A DNA stretch of 48,163 nucleotides from Candidatus Xenobia bacterium. GTDB taxonomy: Bacteria > Vulcanimicrobiota > Xenobia > Xenobiales > QWHO01. The stretch is taken from positions 1-48,163 of the forward strand of contig BTUM01000061.1 of the NCBI GenBank assembly GCA_045863235.1, in the 5' to 3' direction. Below, one piece after another: positions 17,033 through 26,267 of the stretch. The stretch's first letter is position 1. Every line of letters begins with the position of its first letter. The translations under genes and the position numbers were made by a program. The notes under the pieces are model-generated. The model ran no database searches and was not told where the DNA came from. It saw only the letters and a list, made by a program, of their open reading frames with translations.

Positions 17033-17107
17033 GGCGCCGGGCTCTGGTCTTGCACAATCTAACGAAACGCGCCGGATCTGCAAGACGCCTTGCTCACGCG
17101 CGCCGCC

Positions 17108-18358
17108 TTAGAGCGCATCTGGAAAGTCACGCTCTAATATGCTGCGGACCTCCTCGGCCTCGAACGCGCGGTTCGCTTTCCTCAATGCCGCCAGGAGGTA
17201 GAGCAGCGTGCTGCGACGTTCCGCGTGCTCCGGGAAGGCCTCCATGATGGCGCGGGCCTGCTGTAAAAGCCGGATGGCCGCGTCCAGATCTCGACATTTT
17301 CCGGCCACAACCAGGCCGCGCAGTGACTCCAACTCGGCCTCAGCTTCGTCGAGCCGGCCCAGCTTGCGGAGCAGGTCGGCCAGGTTGATCCGGGTGTGGA
17401 TCAGGGCGGGGTGAGCCGGCTCGAGCAGGCCCGCCTGCAGCTCCACCGCCTGGCGCAGGGGCATCCAGGCCTCGGCGTGACGCCGGGCTCGTGCCAGGGA
17501 GCAGGCCAGAGCGTCCAGGCAGTCGGCCAGCTCGAGCGGACTGTCCCGGGCTAGATCGATGGCCTGCTGATGGAGCGCGAAAGGGCTCTGGCCCAGGCGC
17601 TCCTGGCAGCAGGCCTCCAACAAGATAATACTGGCCAGGTCCGGGTGGCGAGCTCCCAGACAGCGGGTCTGGATGGCGCGAGCCCGGGCCAGCAGCTCCA
17701 GGGCTTGCCGGGGGGCACGCTCCACCAGCTCCGAGGCAAGATTCCGCAGCGGCACGACCAGCTCGAAGTGGTCGGGGCCGCTCTTCTCCTCTTCCAGCCG
17801 CAGGGCCTCGCGATGCAGTGCTTCGGCCTCTCGGTGACGCCCCAGGCGGTTGAGCACTGTGGCCCGGTTCCCCGCCAGGGTGGCGGCCTTGCTCCCCTCG
17901 ACTCCCCGCTTCTCCACCTCGTCGTAGACCGCTAGCGATTCCTGGTTGCGATGCATGGCGTAGTAGAGGTCCCCCAGGTCAAGGCGGCTCCCCACACGCG
18001 ATTCGCCCAGCAACTCGCGCTCGAGCTCCAGGCCGCGCAGGCGGCATTCGAGCGCTTCGGGGTAGCGTCCCTGGTCTTGCAGACATCGGCCCAGTTGGCG
18101 CCAGGCCCGCGGCTCCTCGCTCCAGACTTCCCGGTCCTTGGAACGCAGGCAGAGGTCGAGCGCCTCCCGGGCCAGGGTCTCGATCTCGGGGGAGGGTTTC
18201 AGTACCTGCAAGGTGGCCACCAGGTTCAACAGGCTGGTGACCCTGTCTGTCTCAGTTTGGGAATGCTTGAGGGCCGCGCGGGCCCGGTTCTCGGCCCGCC
18301 GAAAGTCTCCCTCTGCGAAAGCGTCCGCGGCCTCGCAGTTGAATCGGTACGCGCGCAT
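17108..18358 (-). CDS. Tetratricopeptide repeat protein (kinesin-light-chain-like TPRs)
   Basis: Repeated LG..Y.EA....AL, GPDHF/GARHPD and HPALIHTRINLA motifs; AGGAGG RBS before ATG 18358. Confidence 0.85.
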   Translation of the reverse strand: MRAYRFNCEAADAFAEGDFRRAENRARAALKHSQTETDRVTSLLNLVATLQVLKPSPEIETLAREALDLCLRSKDREVWSEEPRAWRQLGRCLQDQGRYPEALECRLRGLELERELLGESRVGSRLDLGDLYYAMHRNQESLAVYDEVEKRGVEGSKAATLAGNRATVLNRLGRHREAEALHREALRLEEEKSGPDHFELVVPLRNLASELVERAPRQALELLARARAIQTRCLGARHPDLASIILLEACCQERLGQSPFALHQQAIDLARDSPLELADCLDALACSLARARRHAEAWMPLRQAVELQAGLLEPAHPALIHTRINLADLLRKLGRLDEAEAELESLRGLVVAGKCRDLDAAIRLLQQARAIMEAFPEHAERRSTLLYLLAALRKANRAFEAEEVRSILERDFPDAL

Positions 18359-18659
18359 GTTCGGTTCCTCCTGACGAAACGAAAGTGGGCCGCTCAAAGG
18401 AGCGGCCCACGCGCGACCGTGCCGTTTGCGAGATCAGCTCAGCGTGGCAGACTCCTCGAGCGCGGACAGGAGGAACGGTAACTCAACATGGCTTCAGGAT
18501 ACCAGGCTCAGCCTCATTCTGGCAAGCCCTCAAAGGGTGCTTCTACAACTGGTGGGCGACTAAGCCAGGGGGCTCGTGTTCGATGCATGGCTTTGATTTG
18601 GCTTCGTTGCGGTCTTGCTTGTTTCGATTTTTGAACCGGCGGTTCAGCTTGTTCGCCCT

Positions 18660-18870
18660 TTGGTCTGGCCTTTCTTGCGGGGGTGAAGCGCTGCACAGTG
18701 CGCTCCTCGTCCAGGCTCTTGACTTTGCCGTCGATCCAGCCCCAGCAAAGCGCCTCGTCGCGCGCGTCGGGATAGGTGATCCCCCGTCGGGAGGCGCCCT
18801 TCTTGGAGCCCACCCAGAACTCGCTGCGGCAGGCGTGATGCTCTTTCAGCCAGGCCGGGCCGGAAAAGAC
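18660..18870 (-). pseudogene. Degenerate YdeI/OmpD-associated family fragment
   Basis: WLKEHH...FWVGSKKG...ITYPDARDEALCWGWIDG...QRFTP matches the YdeI N-terminus. No in-frame start precedes the homologous part, and similarity is lost after RFTP. Confidence 0.65.
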
Positions 18871-18880
18871 GTGGCCTGGG

Positions 18881-19033
18881 TCAGAAGCGGAACCAGATCA
18901 GGTGGGGCACGGCGGCGTGGGGGTTGGTGAAGAAGTAGATCATCCCCGTCCAGAGGAGGAAGAAGCCGGTCATCACGATGGCGATGACGGGATGCAGCTC
19001 AGTGTTGGGGCCCGGGTTGGCTTCGTCGGACAT
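18881..19033 (-). CDS. Small single-pass membrane protein (50 aa)
   Basis: GGAG RBS, ATG at 19033; MSDEANPGPNTELHPVIAIVMTGFFLLWTGMIYFF...; GC-rich third codon positions. Confidence 0.6.
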   Translation of the reverse strand: MSDEANPGPNTELHPVIAIVMTGFFLLWTGMIYFFTNPHAAVPHLIWFRF

Positions 19034-19127
19034 GACATGCTCCAGAACTTTCAGGTTGGCGCTCAGCTTTTCCGGCCAGGCCCCTCGATCCTTCCGGGAA
19101 ACCCCCGACTCCGGACACGAGACCAGG

Positions 19128-20246
19128 TCAGGGATGGAACCAGAACACCACCGCAAAGAACAGGTAGACGGCCAGGAACATGGCCCCCTCCAGCCAGTTG
19201 CACTCGCCGTCCGAGAGCGAGGCCCAGGCGATGAAGACGGCTGCTCCCAGCGAGGCCAGCTCGAAGATGTTGAAGACCAGCGTCATCGGGTTGGCCGGGT
19301 TGAAGTAGAAGGAGGCCAGCACCAGCACGGGGGCCACCAGCAGGCCCACCTGCAGGCACGAGCCCATGGCGATCTGGTAGCTCAGCTCCATCTTGTTCTC
19401 GCGGGCCACCCAGACGGCCACCATGCCCTCGCTGGCGTTGCCCACCACGGCCACCACCACCACGCCCACGAAGAGGTGGCTGACGTTCATCTTCTGCACT
19501 TCCAGAATGTGGTTGATCGACTCCACGAAGGCGTCCGAAAGGAAGGCCACCAGCAGGGTCGTGCCCAGCAGCACGCCCACGGCTACGGCCTTGCTCCAGG
19601 CCGGCTCCTCGGGGTCGTGGCTGTGGGCCCCATCGGGCATCAGCAACGAGCGGTGGGTGCGCAGCGAGAAGACCAGGCTGAGGAAGTAGATGCCCAGCAG
19701 CACCAGCGCGCCGGCAAACGAAGTCTTGACGGCGATGGCCTCGGCCAGTCCCTCGTTGGCGCTGAGCGAGGGGTCAGCCGAGTAGGCGTAGTGGGCCATG
19801 GAGGGCACCACCAGGATGATCAGCGTGAGGATCAGCATGGCCACGTTGACCGAGGCCCCGGTGCGGGTAAAGCTCTGTTGTCGGTATTTCGTGCCCCCGT
19901 AGACCATGGCTGCCCCCAGCACCAGCAGCAGGTTGCCCAGGATCGAGCCCGTGATGGAGCTGCGCACGATCTCGTAGAGCCCCTGCTTGAGGGCGGTGAG
20001 AGCGATGATCAGCTCGGTGACGTTGGCGAAGGTGGCGTTGATCAGTCCGCCCCAGAGTGGCCCGACGTAGATGGACACTTCCTCCACGCCCTTGCCGATC
20101 AGCGTCACGCAGCCCAGGATGGCCAGCGCTGAGGCCACGAACAGCGGCACCCCGTGGATCTTGGTGAGCCACATGTAGAGCGAGGCCGGGCCGAACAAGA
20201 CGATCAGAAAACTGAGCTTGGGGAGAGTTTTCAGGAAGGTGCCCAT
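19128..20246 (-). CDS. cax: Calcium/proton exchanger (CaCA family)
   Basis: GGLINATFANVTE, GSILGNLLL, VGNASE, GSCLQV alpha-repeat motifs and many TM helices. Confidence 0.92.
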   Translation of the reverse strand: MGTFLKTLPKLSFLIVLFGPASLYMWLTKIHGVPLFVASALAILGCVTLIGKGVEEVSIYVGPLWGGLINATFANVTELIIALTALKQGLYEIVRSSITGSILGNLLLVLGAAMVYGGTKYRQQSFTRTGASVNVAMLILTLIILVVPSMAHYAYSADPSLSANEGLAEAIAVKTSFAGALVLLGIYFLSLVFSLRTHRSLLMPDGAHSHDPEEPAWSKAVAVGVLLGTTLLVAFLSDAFVESINHILEVQKMNVSHLFVGVVVVAVVGNASEGMVAVWVARENKMELSYQIAMGSCLQVGLLVAPVLVLASFYFNPANPMTLVFNIFELASLGAAVFIAWASLSDGECNWLEGAMFLAVYLFFAVVFWFHP

Positions 20247-20338
20247 GGGCGGGGGCAATTAGAGCCCGGGCAGGGAGGCTCCTTCACAATCGCATGGTTC
20301 TGGAAATCAGATCAGAGCCCCCAATCGCCCAGAGGCCG

Positions 20339-21910
20339 TCACACCCCGGCGGCCCTGGTAAGGTCCTTCGCGCTTCTCCCGGCCAGCCAGAGGTAGCCCA
20401 GCGAGTAGAGCATCGTGCAGATCAGTCCCAGATACTGGCGCAGGCCGTCGGTCGAGGAGGCAAAGCCCTCCGAGAAGCTCAGCAGGGCGATGAGGGGATC
20501 GACGTAGCAGAACACCATGAAGTCGCGATGTCTGGTGGTCTCGGAGATCATCACGTCGAGCCAGATGGGCACGATCACCACCAGAGCCAGGCAGCCAACG
20601 GCGATCTGCAGGGCCCGCAGGCTGGAGGGAGCCCGCTCCGAGACGTAGAGGCCAAGAGCGCTCCAGAAGTAGATGCTGACCAGGGTGAAGAGCAGGATGC
20701 CAACGATCTGGCCGGCGCTCACCCGCCCGTTGGACATGAACACGAGCAAGAGCGGGGAGGAAACCAGCAGCTGGACCACCAGCGGCCGGGTCACAGCGCT
20801 CAATTGCTGGCGATAGAGCTCGCGTCCCGTCAGCAGGGTGCCCAGCATGGCGTCCCAGGTTCCCCGCTCGCGCTCGCGGCTGATGCGGGCCGAAGAGCGG
20901 GCCAGGGCCAGCAGGGTGAAGTAGAGGAAGTGAGCCACCAGGCCCCCGTACATGGTTCCCTCGGCCAGGCTGTTGCGATGGCTGGAGAGGGCTCCGGTGG
21001 CCAGGCTGGGGCCCAGCAGGAGGGCGGGATAGATCAGCCACCCGTTCCAGCGCCAGTCGCGTCGACGGGCTGCCAGCCAGGCCCGGTAAGCCAGAGGGGC
21101 TTCCGGGCCAGGACCGTTGACGGGCGCCAGGCGCCGTCGGGTAGTGACGCCGGCAGGCTGGCCGAAATGGCGCAGCGCGTCGGTCAACAGCACGGGAGCC
21201 AGGAGAAGGCCCATCGAGCTGAACCAGAGCCAGAGTCTATCCTTGCCAAACTCGGGCCAGACGATGGAGCCGGCCGCGAAAAATGGGTTGACGGCCAGCA
21301 CCCAGCGGGGCCCGTCCTCCATGCCGGCCACCAGCTCGAAGGTCAGGTAGACCAGGCCGGTCCCCATGGTGAGCAGGCCCAGCAACCCGTAAACCAGCTG
21401 TCCGGCCTGCTCGGCCGAGCTGCGAAAGAGCGAGGCCCAAAGGCCGAGCGAGCTGAAGAAGGCCTGCAGGCCGAGGGTGAGGATGGCCAGTTGGGCCAGC
21501 TGGCTCATCCGGGCTGCGTCCAGGGCCACGAAGACCAGCCAGGCCGGGCTATAGATCGCCAGCTCGAAAAACAGGGGCGCCTGGCTGGCCAGGTACTTGC
21601 CCAGCAAGAGCTGTCCGGGCTTGAGGGGGGTGGCCGTGAGAGCATCGAACGAGCGGCGCTCCTTCTCCCAGGCCACGGTGGCCACGGTGCCCGAGATAGC
21701 CCGCAGAGTCACGAACAGACAGTGCAGGAACAGGCTGATGGCAAAGCCGACCTCGGCCGCGTCGCGCCAGTTGGAGTGCTCGTTGAGGATCCGCATCATC
21801 AGCGTGGGCACAACCAGCAAGGTGGGGTAGGTCAGGCGAGCCAGCAGACCGCCACGCCGCGTTCGGCGCAGGCCCACCCACTCGCGATAGAGAATCGGGT
21901 TGTCGAGCAT
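20339..21910 (-). CDS. ABC-2-type exporter permease with an internal duplication
   Basis: Two homologous halves with WEKERRSFDALTATPL and RERERGTWDAMLGTLL; NPILYREW start motif. Confidence 0.75.
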   Translation of the reverse strand: MLDNPILYREWVGLRRTRRGGLLARLTYPTLLVVPTLMMRILNEHSNWRDAAEVGFAISLFLHCLFVTLRAISGTVATVAWEKERRSFDALTATPLKPGQLLLGKYLASQAPLFFELAIYSPAWLVFVALDAARMSQLAQLAILTLGLQAFFSSLGLWASLFRSSAEQAGQLVYGLLGLLTMGTGLVYLTFELVAGMEDGPRWVLAVNPFFAAGSIVWPEFGKDRLWLWFSSMGLLLAPVLLTDALRHFGQPAGVTTRRRLAPVNGPGPEAPLAYRAWLAARRRDWRWNGWLIYPALLLGPSLATGALSSHRNSLAEGTMYGGLVAHFLYFTLLALARSSARISRERERGTWDAMLGTLLTGRELYRQQLSAVTRPLVVQLLVSSPLLLVFMSNGRVSAGQIVGILLFTLVSIYFWSALGLYVSERAPSSLRALQIAVGCLALVVIVPIWLDVMISETTRHRDFMVFCYVDPLIALLSFSEGFASSTDGLRQYLGLICTMLYSLGYLWLAGRSAKDLTRAAGV

Positions 21911-21953
21911 GCTTTTCCCCCGTCGCGGACGTTTCATGGTTTGTTCCGTTCCA

Positions 21954-21983
21954 CCCTTTACATTTCTTGCAAGGATCGTGAGA
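21954..21983 (+). promoter_or_regulatory. Putative alternative-sigma promoter CCCTTTAC-N14-TCGTGA (copy 1)
   Basis: Identical motif and spacing upstream of the gene at 25430, which shares the same leader. Confidence 0.6.
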
Positions 21984-22017
21984 AAAGTCCCAAAGCTCGA
22001 CTGAGGAGAGTCATTTC

Positions 22018-22779
22018 ATGAACGCAGGTTTCATGCCCCCGATGATGCCCGGAATGGATATGATGGGCGGAATGGGCGGAATGTTCATCATGATGCAGCT
22101 GATGCAGATGATGCAGATGATGATGATGATGATGGGTCAGCGCCAGATGGGCAATCAGATGGGTGGGGGATGCGGCTGCAACGGCGGGTTCCCGATGGGC
22201 CCTCAGATGGGGAACCAGATGGGCATCCCCGGGATGCAGTTCCCCGGTATGCAGCAATTTCCCCAGATGCCCTTCCAGATGCCCTTCCCCCAGCAGGGCG
22301 GCTGCGGTTGCGGCTGCGGGGGTGGCGGCCACATGCGCAACTACGGCAACCCTCAGGCCAACCCCAACGCCCAGATCCCCAATCACGGCCCTCAGCCGAA
22401 CAAGGCTCAAATCGGGAACATGCTGGACGCGGCCGCCCAGAAGTATGGCATCCCGCCCGAGATCTTGAAGGCCGTGGCCTTCAAAGAGTCGCGCTGGAAC
22501 CCGAACGCGGTAGGCGACGGAGGCAACAGCTTCGGCATGATGCAGATCTATCGCCGGGCCCATCCCAACTACAACGTGGCCCAGGGGCAGGCCAATCCGG
22601 CTTACAATATCGATTATGCGGCCCGCTTGCTGCGCAGCCACTACGACAAGACCGGCAACTGGCAGACAGCGGTGATGCGCTACAACGGCTCGGGGCCGAT
22701 GGCTCGCGCTTACGCCAACGACGTGTTCACCAACATCCTGCCCAATCGGCCCTGGCAGCGTCAGTTCGGCGTCAACTGA
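22018..22779 (+). CDS. Lytic transglycosylase (SLT domain) with Met/Gln/Gly-rich N-terminal region
   Basis: AAQKYGIPPEILKAVAFKESRWNPNA (catalytic Glu), GMMQI, NIDYAARLL, RYNG; GAGGAG RBS. Confidence 0.9.
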   Translation: MNAGFMPPMMPGMDMMGGMGGMFIMMQLMQMMQMMMMMMGQRQMGNQMGGGCGCNGGFPMGPQMGNQMGIPGMQFPGMQQFPQMPFQMPFPQQGGCGCGCGGGGHMRNYGNPQANPNAQIPNHGPQPNKAQIGNMLDAAAQKYGIPPEILKAVAFKESRWNPNAVGDGGNSFGMMQIYRRAHPNYNVAQGQANPAYNIDYAARLLRSHYDKTGNWQTAVMRYNGSGPMARAYANDVFTNILPNRPWQRQFGVN

Positions 22780-24007
22780 AGCGCCGCTCGCGCACCTTCT
22801 GCACGATGGTCTCCAGCTCGAGCATCGCTCCCGCCCCCCGGCGGGCCAGCTCCATTCCGTGGTCCAGTCGGCCAGGGTCGGGCCGTTCCAGGAAGCTGGC
22901 CAGCAGCTGCAGCCCCTCCTCGAAGTCGTCCATGCCGGCCTGCATGGCCGAGCGAGCCTGCTCGAGCGCCTCGACCTGATCCGCGGGAGTGTCCTCGGGG
23001 GGGTCCTCCTGCTCGGCCAGTTGCTTGCGGCTCTTTTCCACGTTCCCGAGCAGCCAATCCACCGTCTTTCGAAATTCGGCCGGCTCCAGCCGCCCGTCCC
23101 TGGCCTGCTCCACCGCTTCGGCCAGGATGGCCAGGTTCTCGGGCAATCCGGCCTGAGCGGGGTCGAGATCCGAGGTCACGATGCTGGGTCCGGCCTGAAG
23201 CGGCGGCCCCATATCCGGAAGCTGAGCCTGGCAGCTCGCGCAGTAGCGTGAGGTCAGGGCGTTGGCTGCTCCGCAGCGCACACAGGGACGGGTTTTCTCC
23301 TGGTGGGCGCCTTCCAGCCTCTGCTGCAGGGTCACCAGGCTGGCGGTGGCCTCCAGCACGATGGCCAGACCCTCCTCGAGCAGCTCCGGGTCCTGCACCG
23401 AGAAGGCCTCCTGCATCAACTGCACCCCTTCGGCCTGACGCTCGAGCGCCTCGGCCAGTTCGCCCGGCTCGAGCACCTGGCTTTCGGCCGGGTCAGGCTG
23501 CAGGCTGACCAGCCCGGCAGCCAGATGCTGATGATACTCGGCGAACTGGGCCAGGCGCTCGCCCAGGGGCTCCTCGGGCAGGGCACCACGGACGAACGCC
23601 TCGACCACCCGGGCCAGCTCGTCCACCGCCGGCACGGCCGAAACCGGCTCTCGCTGGCCCAGGGCCTCGCGCAGGCGGGCAAAATTCTGGTGCACCTCCT
23701 GCACGGCCTGGCTGCCGCTGGCCAGCAGCTCACGGGCCCGCTCGGCCTCGCCTCCGGCCAGGGCCTCGCGCAGCGGCTCGCGCTGGGCGGCCAGCCGATC
23801 GAAGGCCTGGAAGATCGGGTCGAGCACCTCTTCGAGCACGGGATGGTCTTCTTGAAAGCGCAGGCCGTCGAAAAACTGGATGTAGAGCGCGTCCAGGGTG
23901 TCCTCGGCGGCCTGCAGGCTGGCTTCGAGAGCCTCGGGAGGCAGGTGGCCCTGCAAGAACCTCTCGGCGTCCTGCATGAGCTGGTTGTAAGCCGGCAGCT
24001 CGGTCAC
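22772..24007 (-). CDS. Helical-repeat protein with zinc ribbon (paralog A)
   Basis: CVRC-x10-CASC; three internal helical repeats; GTG start overlaps the stop of paralog B. Confidence 0.8.
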   Translation of the reverse strand: MTELPAYNQLMQDAERFLQGHLPPEALEASLQAAEDTLDALYIQFFDGLRFQEDHPVLEEVLDPIFQAFDRLAAQREPLREALAGGEAERARELLASGSQAVQEVHQNFARLREALGQREPVSAVPAVDELARVVEAFVRGALPEEPLGERLAQFAEYHQHLAAGLVSLQPDPAESQVLEPGELAEALERQAEGVQLMQEAFSVQDPELLEEGLAIVLEATASLVTLQQRLEGAHQEKTRPCVRCGAANALTSRYCASCQAQLPDMGPPLQAGPSIVTSDLDPAQAGLPENLAILAEAVEQARDGRLEPAEFRKTVDWLLGNVEKSRKQLAEQEDPPEDTPADQVEALEQARSAMQAGMDDFEEGLQLLASFLERPDPGRLDHGMELARRGAGAMLELETIVQKVRERRFS

Positions 24008-25323
24008 GGTCGGGCGGTGGTCAGGCTGCGGAACAGCTCCTCCACGCGCAGCATCACTCCTGCTGCCTCGTTGACCATCTCCAGGCCCCGGGCCAACTTG
24101 CCCGGGTCGCGTCGCTGCAGGAAGCTGCGCAGGGTGTTGAGGCCGGCCTCCATGTCGTCGGCTCCGACGGCCATGTGCTCGTGGGCCTCCTCCAGGATCT
24201 CGAGCTGCTCGGGCGGGGTATCCGGGTGGGGGGGCTCGAGCTCGCTCAGCCGCTTGCGCACTCCCTCCACTTTGCCCTGGAACCAGTCTAGCTTCTTGAG
24301 GAACTCCTCGTCCGTGATAGCACCCACCCGCACCTGCTCGACCAGGTCGGTCAGAACCTGCAGGTTTTCCGAGCTGGCGCTGCGGGGACCGCTTTCCTCG
24401 CGCAGGTCGAGCTGGCCGGCCGGGGTGGGCTCATCCATCACGGCCGGGAACATGGCGTTGCATTGCCCACAGTAGCGGGCGCTGGCGGGGTTGCTGGCCG
24501 AGCAGCGCAGGCACGACTTGGTGGCCTCCGGGGGCTGGACGGCGCCGGTCAACTGGTGGGTCACGGCCACGATCTGATCAGCCGCCTCCTGGATGGTCTG
24601 CAGGCCGAGACGAAGCTCCTGCACATCAGGGTGCTCGAAGAACGACTCCAGCCTGGAGATCCCGTCGCCCTGACGCTCCATCGCCTCGCGCAACACCTCG
24701 CCCTGCTCGGCCAGAACCTTCTGCTCGGCCGGGGTGGGTTGCAGCACGTCCAGTCCCAGAGTCATCGTGTGGTGAAGCTCAATGAATTGATCCAGCCGCT
24801 TGCGGAAACGCTCCAGGGGCAGTCGCCCGAGCATGAAGCCCTCGGCGACGCGCAAGAGCTCGTTGACCGGTGGCGACTCGGAGTAGACGGGGCGCTGGCT
24901 CGCCTCCTGGCGCAGCAGGAAGAGGCCGTTGAAGATCTGGTTGACGAGGTGCCGGGCTCGAGCGAGCATCCGGCGCACCTTGCCTTCCGATCCACCATCC
25001 AGAGCCTGGCGCAGCTCGGGCAGCACCAGGCGCAGCTTACCGAACCCCTGGTAGATCAGAGGGGTGGCCTGTTTGACGGCCTCGGTCTCCTCTTGATAGG
25101 GGAGGTTCTCGTGGAAGTGATGGAAGATCTGGCCCAGCGCGTCTTCGAGAGCCGTCAGCGACTCCAGGCCGGCTTCCACCGGAAGCGTCTGGGCCAGCAC
25201 GCGCTCCACTCGACCCTGGAATTCGTTGAAGGCCGGAAGATCGGTCAGGTCGGGGCGTTCCTCGGCCTGGAAAGCGGGGGCTCGGTCCATGCTGGTAGAC
25301 TGTTTTCGAAGTGCCGTGAGCAT
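24004..25323 (-). CDS. Helical-repeat protein with zinc ribbon (paralog B)
   Basis: CLRC-x10-CGQC; colinear similarity to 22772..24007. Start is ATG 25323 or 25290. Confidence 0.8.
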   Translation of the reverse strand: MLTALRKQSTSMDRAPAFQAEERPDLTDLPAFNEFQGRVERVLAQTLPVEAGLESLTALEDALGQIFHHFHENLPYQEETEAVKQATPLIYQGFGKLRLVLPELRQALDGGSEGKVRRMLARARHLVNQIFNGLFLLRQEASQRPVYSESPPVNELLRVAEGFMLGRLPLERFRKRLDQFIELHHTMTLGLDVLQPTPAEQKVLAEQGEVLREAMERQGDGISRLESFFEHPDVQELRLGLQTIQEAADQIVAVTHQLTGAVQPPEATKSCLRCSASNPASARYCGQCNAMFPAVMDEPTPAGQLDLREESGPRSASSENLQVLTDLVEQVRVGAITDEEFLKKLDWFQGKVEGVRKRLSELEPPHPDTPPEQLEILEEAHEHMAVGADDMEAGLNTLRSFLQRRDPGKLARGLEMVNEAAGVMLRVEELFRSLTTARP

Positions 25324-25362
25324 TCCTTCGAAGCCCGGGCTTTGAGAGAATTTTCCGTCGCC

Positions 25363-25392
25363 CCCTTTACCCTGAAGCCGGGGGTCGTGATA
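25363..25392 (+). promoter_or_regulatory. Putative alternative-sigma promoter CCCTTTAC-N14-TCGTGA (copy 2)
   Basis: Same motif and spacing as 21954-21981. Confidence 0.6.
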
Positions 25393-25429
25393 TGCGCGAC
25401 AAGACCAAGAACGAGGAAGGCTTGATGTC

Positions 25430-26143
25430 ATGAATATGATGATGCCCGGAATGGGCCCGATGATGATGCCCGGGATGCCCGGAATGGACATGGGCATGGG
25501 CGGCATGAACGGGATGTTCATTATGATGCAGATGATGCAGCTGATGCAGATGCTCATGATGATGATGGGCCAGCGCCAGCAGGGTGGTTGTTGCGGGCAG
25601 CAGTACCCGCAGATGGGCATGGGCAATCAGTTCGGGAACATGATGATGCCCCAGATGCCCAACTACGGCGGGGCCCAGATGCCCTGGAGCGGCGGCTGCG
25701 GGTGTCAGCAGGCTTACCCCGGCAACATGTACGGCACCGGACCTGGCAACTGGAACCCGCAGACCGGAAATCGCCTGGCCGACATGGCCGCCAGCTGGAA
25801 CGGGCAACATTTCAAGCCGGGCCAGACGCGCCGCTGCGCAGATTTCGTTTCCACGATGCTGACCCAGTCGGGCACCGCCCCTCCGGGTTTTCGGCATCAG
25901 GTAAGCGCCGCCGGTCTTCGCAACTACGGGACCCCCATCGGCGGAGGCACTCAGAATCTTCGCCCCGGCGACGTGGTCTTCTTCGGCAACACCTATCGGC
26001 CCGGCCACACCACTCACGTAGGGATCTACCTCGGCGACGGGCGCTTTGCTCACCGGCCTACCGCCAACGCCCCGGTCAAGATCGACAACATCAACAGTCG
26101 CTACTGGTCCTCGCATTACACCGGCGCCAACCGCATGGGCTAA
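25430..26143 (+). CDS. NlpC/P60 family peptidoglycan endopeptidase with Met/Gln/Gly-rich N-terminal region
   Basis: CADFVSTML (catalytic Cys), LRPGDVVFF, HVGIYLGDGRFAH. Confidence 0.9.
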   Translation: MNMMMPGMGPMMMPGMPGMDMGMGGMNGMFIMMQMMQLMQMLMMMMGQRQQGGCCGQQYPQMGMGNQFGNMMMPQMPNYGGAQMPWSGGCGCQQAYPGNMYGTGPGNWNPQTGNRLADMAASWNGQHFKPGQTRRCADFVSTMLTQSGTAPPGFRHQVSAAGLRNYGTPIGGGTQNLRPGDVVFFGNTYRPGHTTHVGIYLGDGRFAHRPTANAPVKIDNINSRYWSSHYTGANRMG

Positions 26144-26161
26144 GAGCTCGTCGCGGGGACA

Positions 26162-26196
26162 CCAGGAAGGCCGACTCGAGAGGGTCGGCCTTCTGG
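26162..26196. terminator. Stem-loop after the NlpC/P60 gene
   Basis: GAAGGCCGAC-N8-GTCGGCCTTC stem shortly after the stop codon; weak U-tract. Confidence 0.55.
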
Positions 26197-26267
26197 CATT
26201 CCTGGCTCCTCAGCGACGACCTGTCGACCCGAGAGGGACCCTTCCGGTGGCCGCGAATCGGCCCGGC

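Noticed and set aside
20294..22021. 575-aa plus-strand ORF
   Set aside because: Antisense shadow of the ABC permease; long opposite-strand frames are expected at high GC.
22117..22134. (ATG)6 tract as a phase-variation switch
   Set aside because: Trinucleotide unit keeps the frame and is explained by poly-Met coding.
25324..25626. His- or Ile-rich extensions on the minus strand (5' part of ORF 24004..25626; likewise 21958..22641)
   Set aside because: These are the reverse complement of the ATG-rich Met leaders, not real His-rich proteins.
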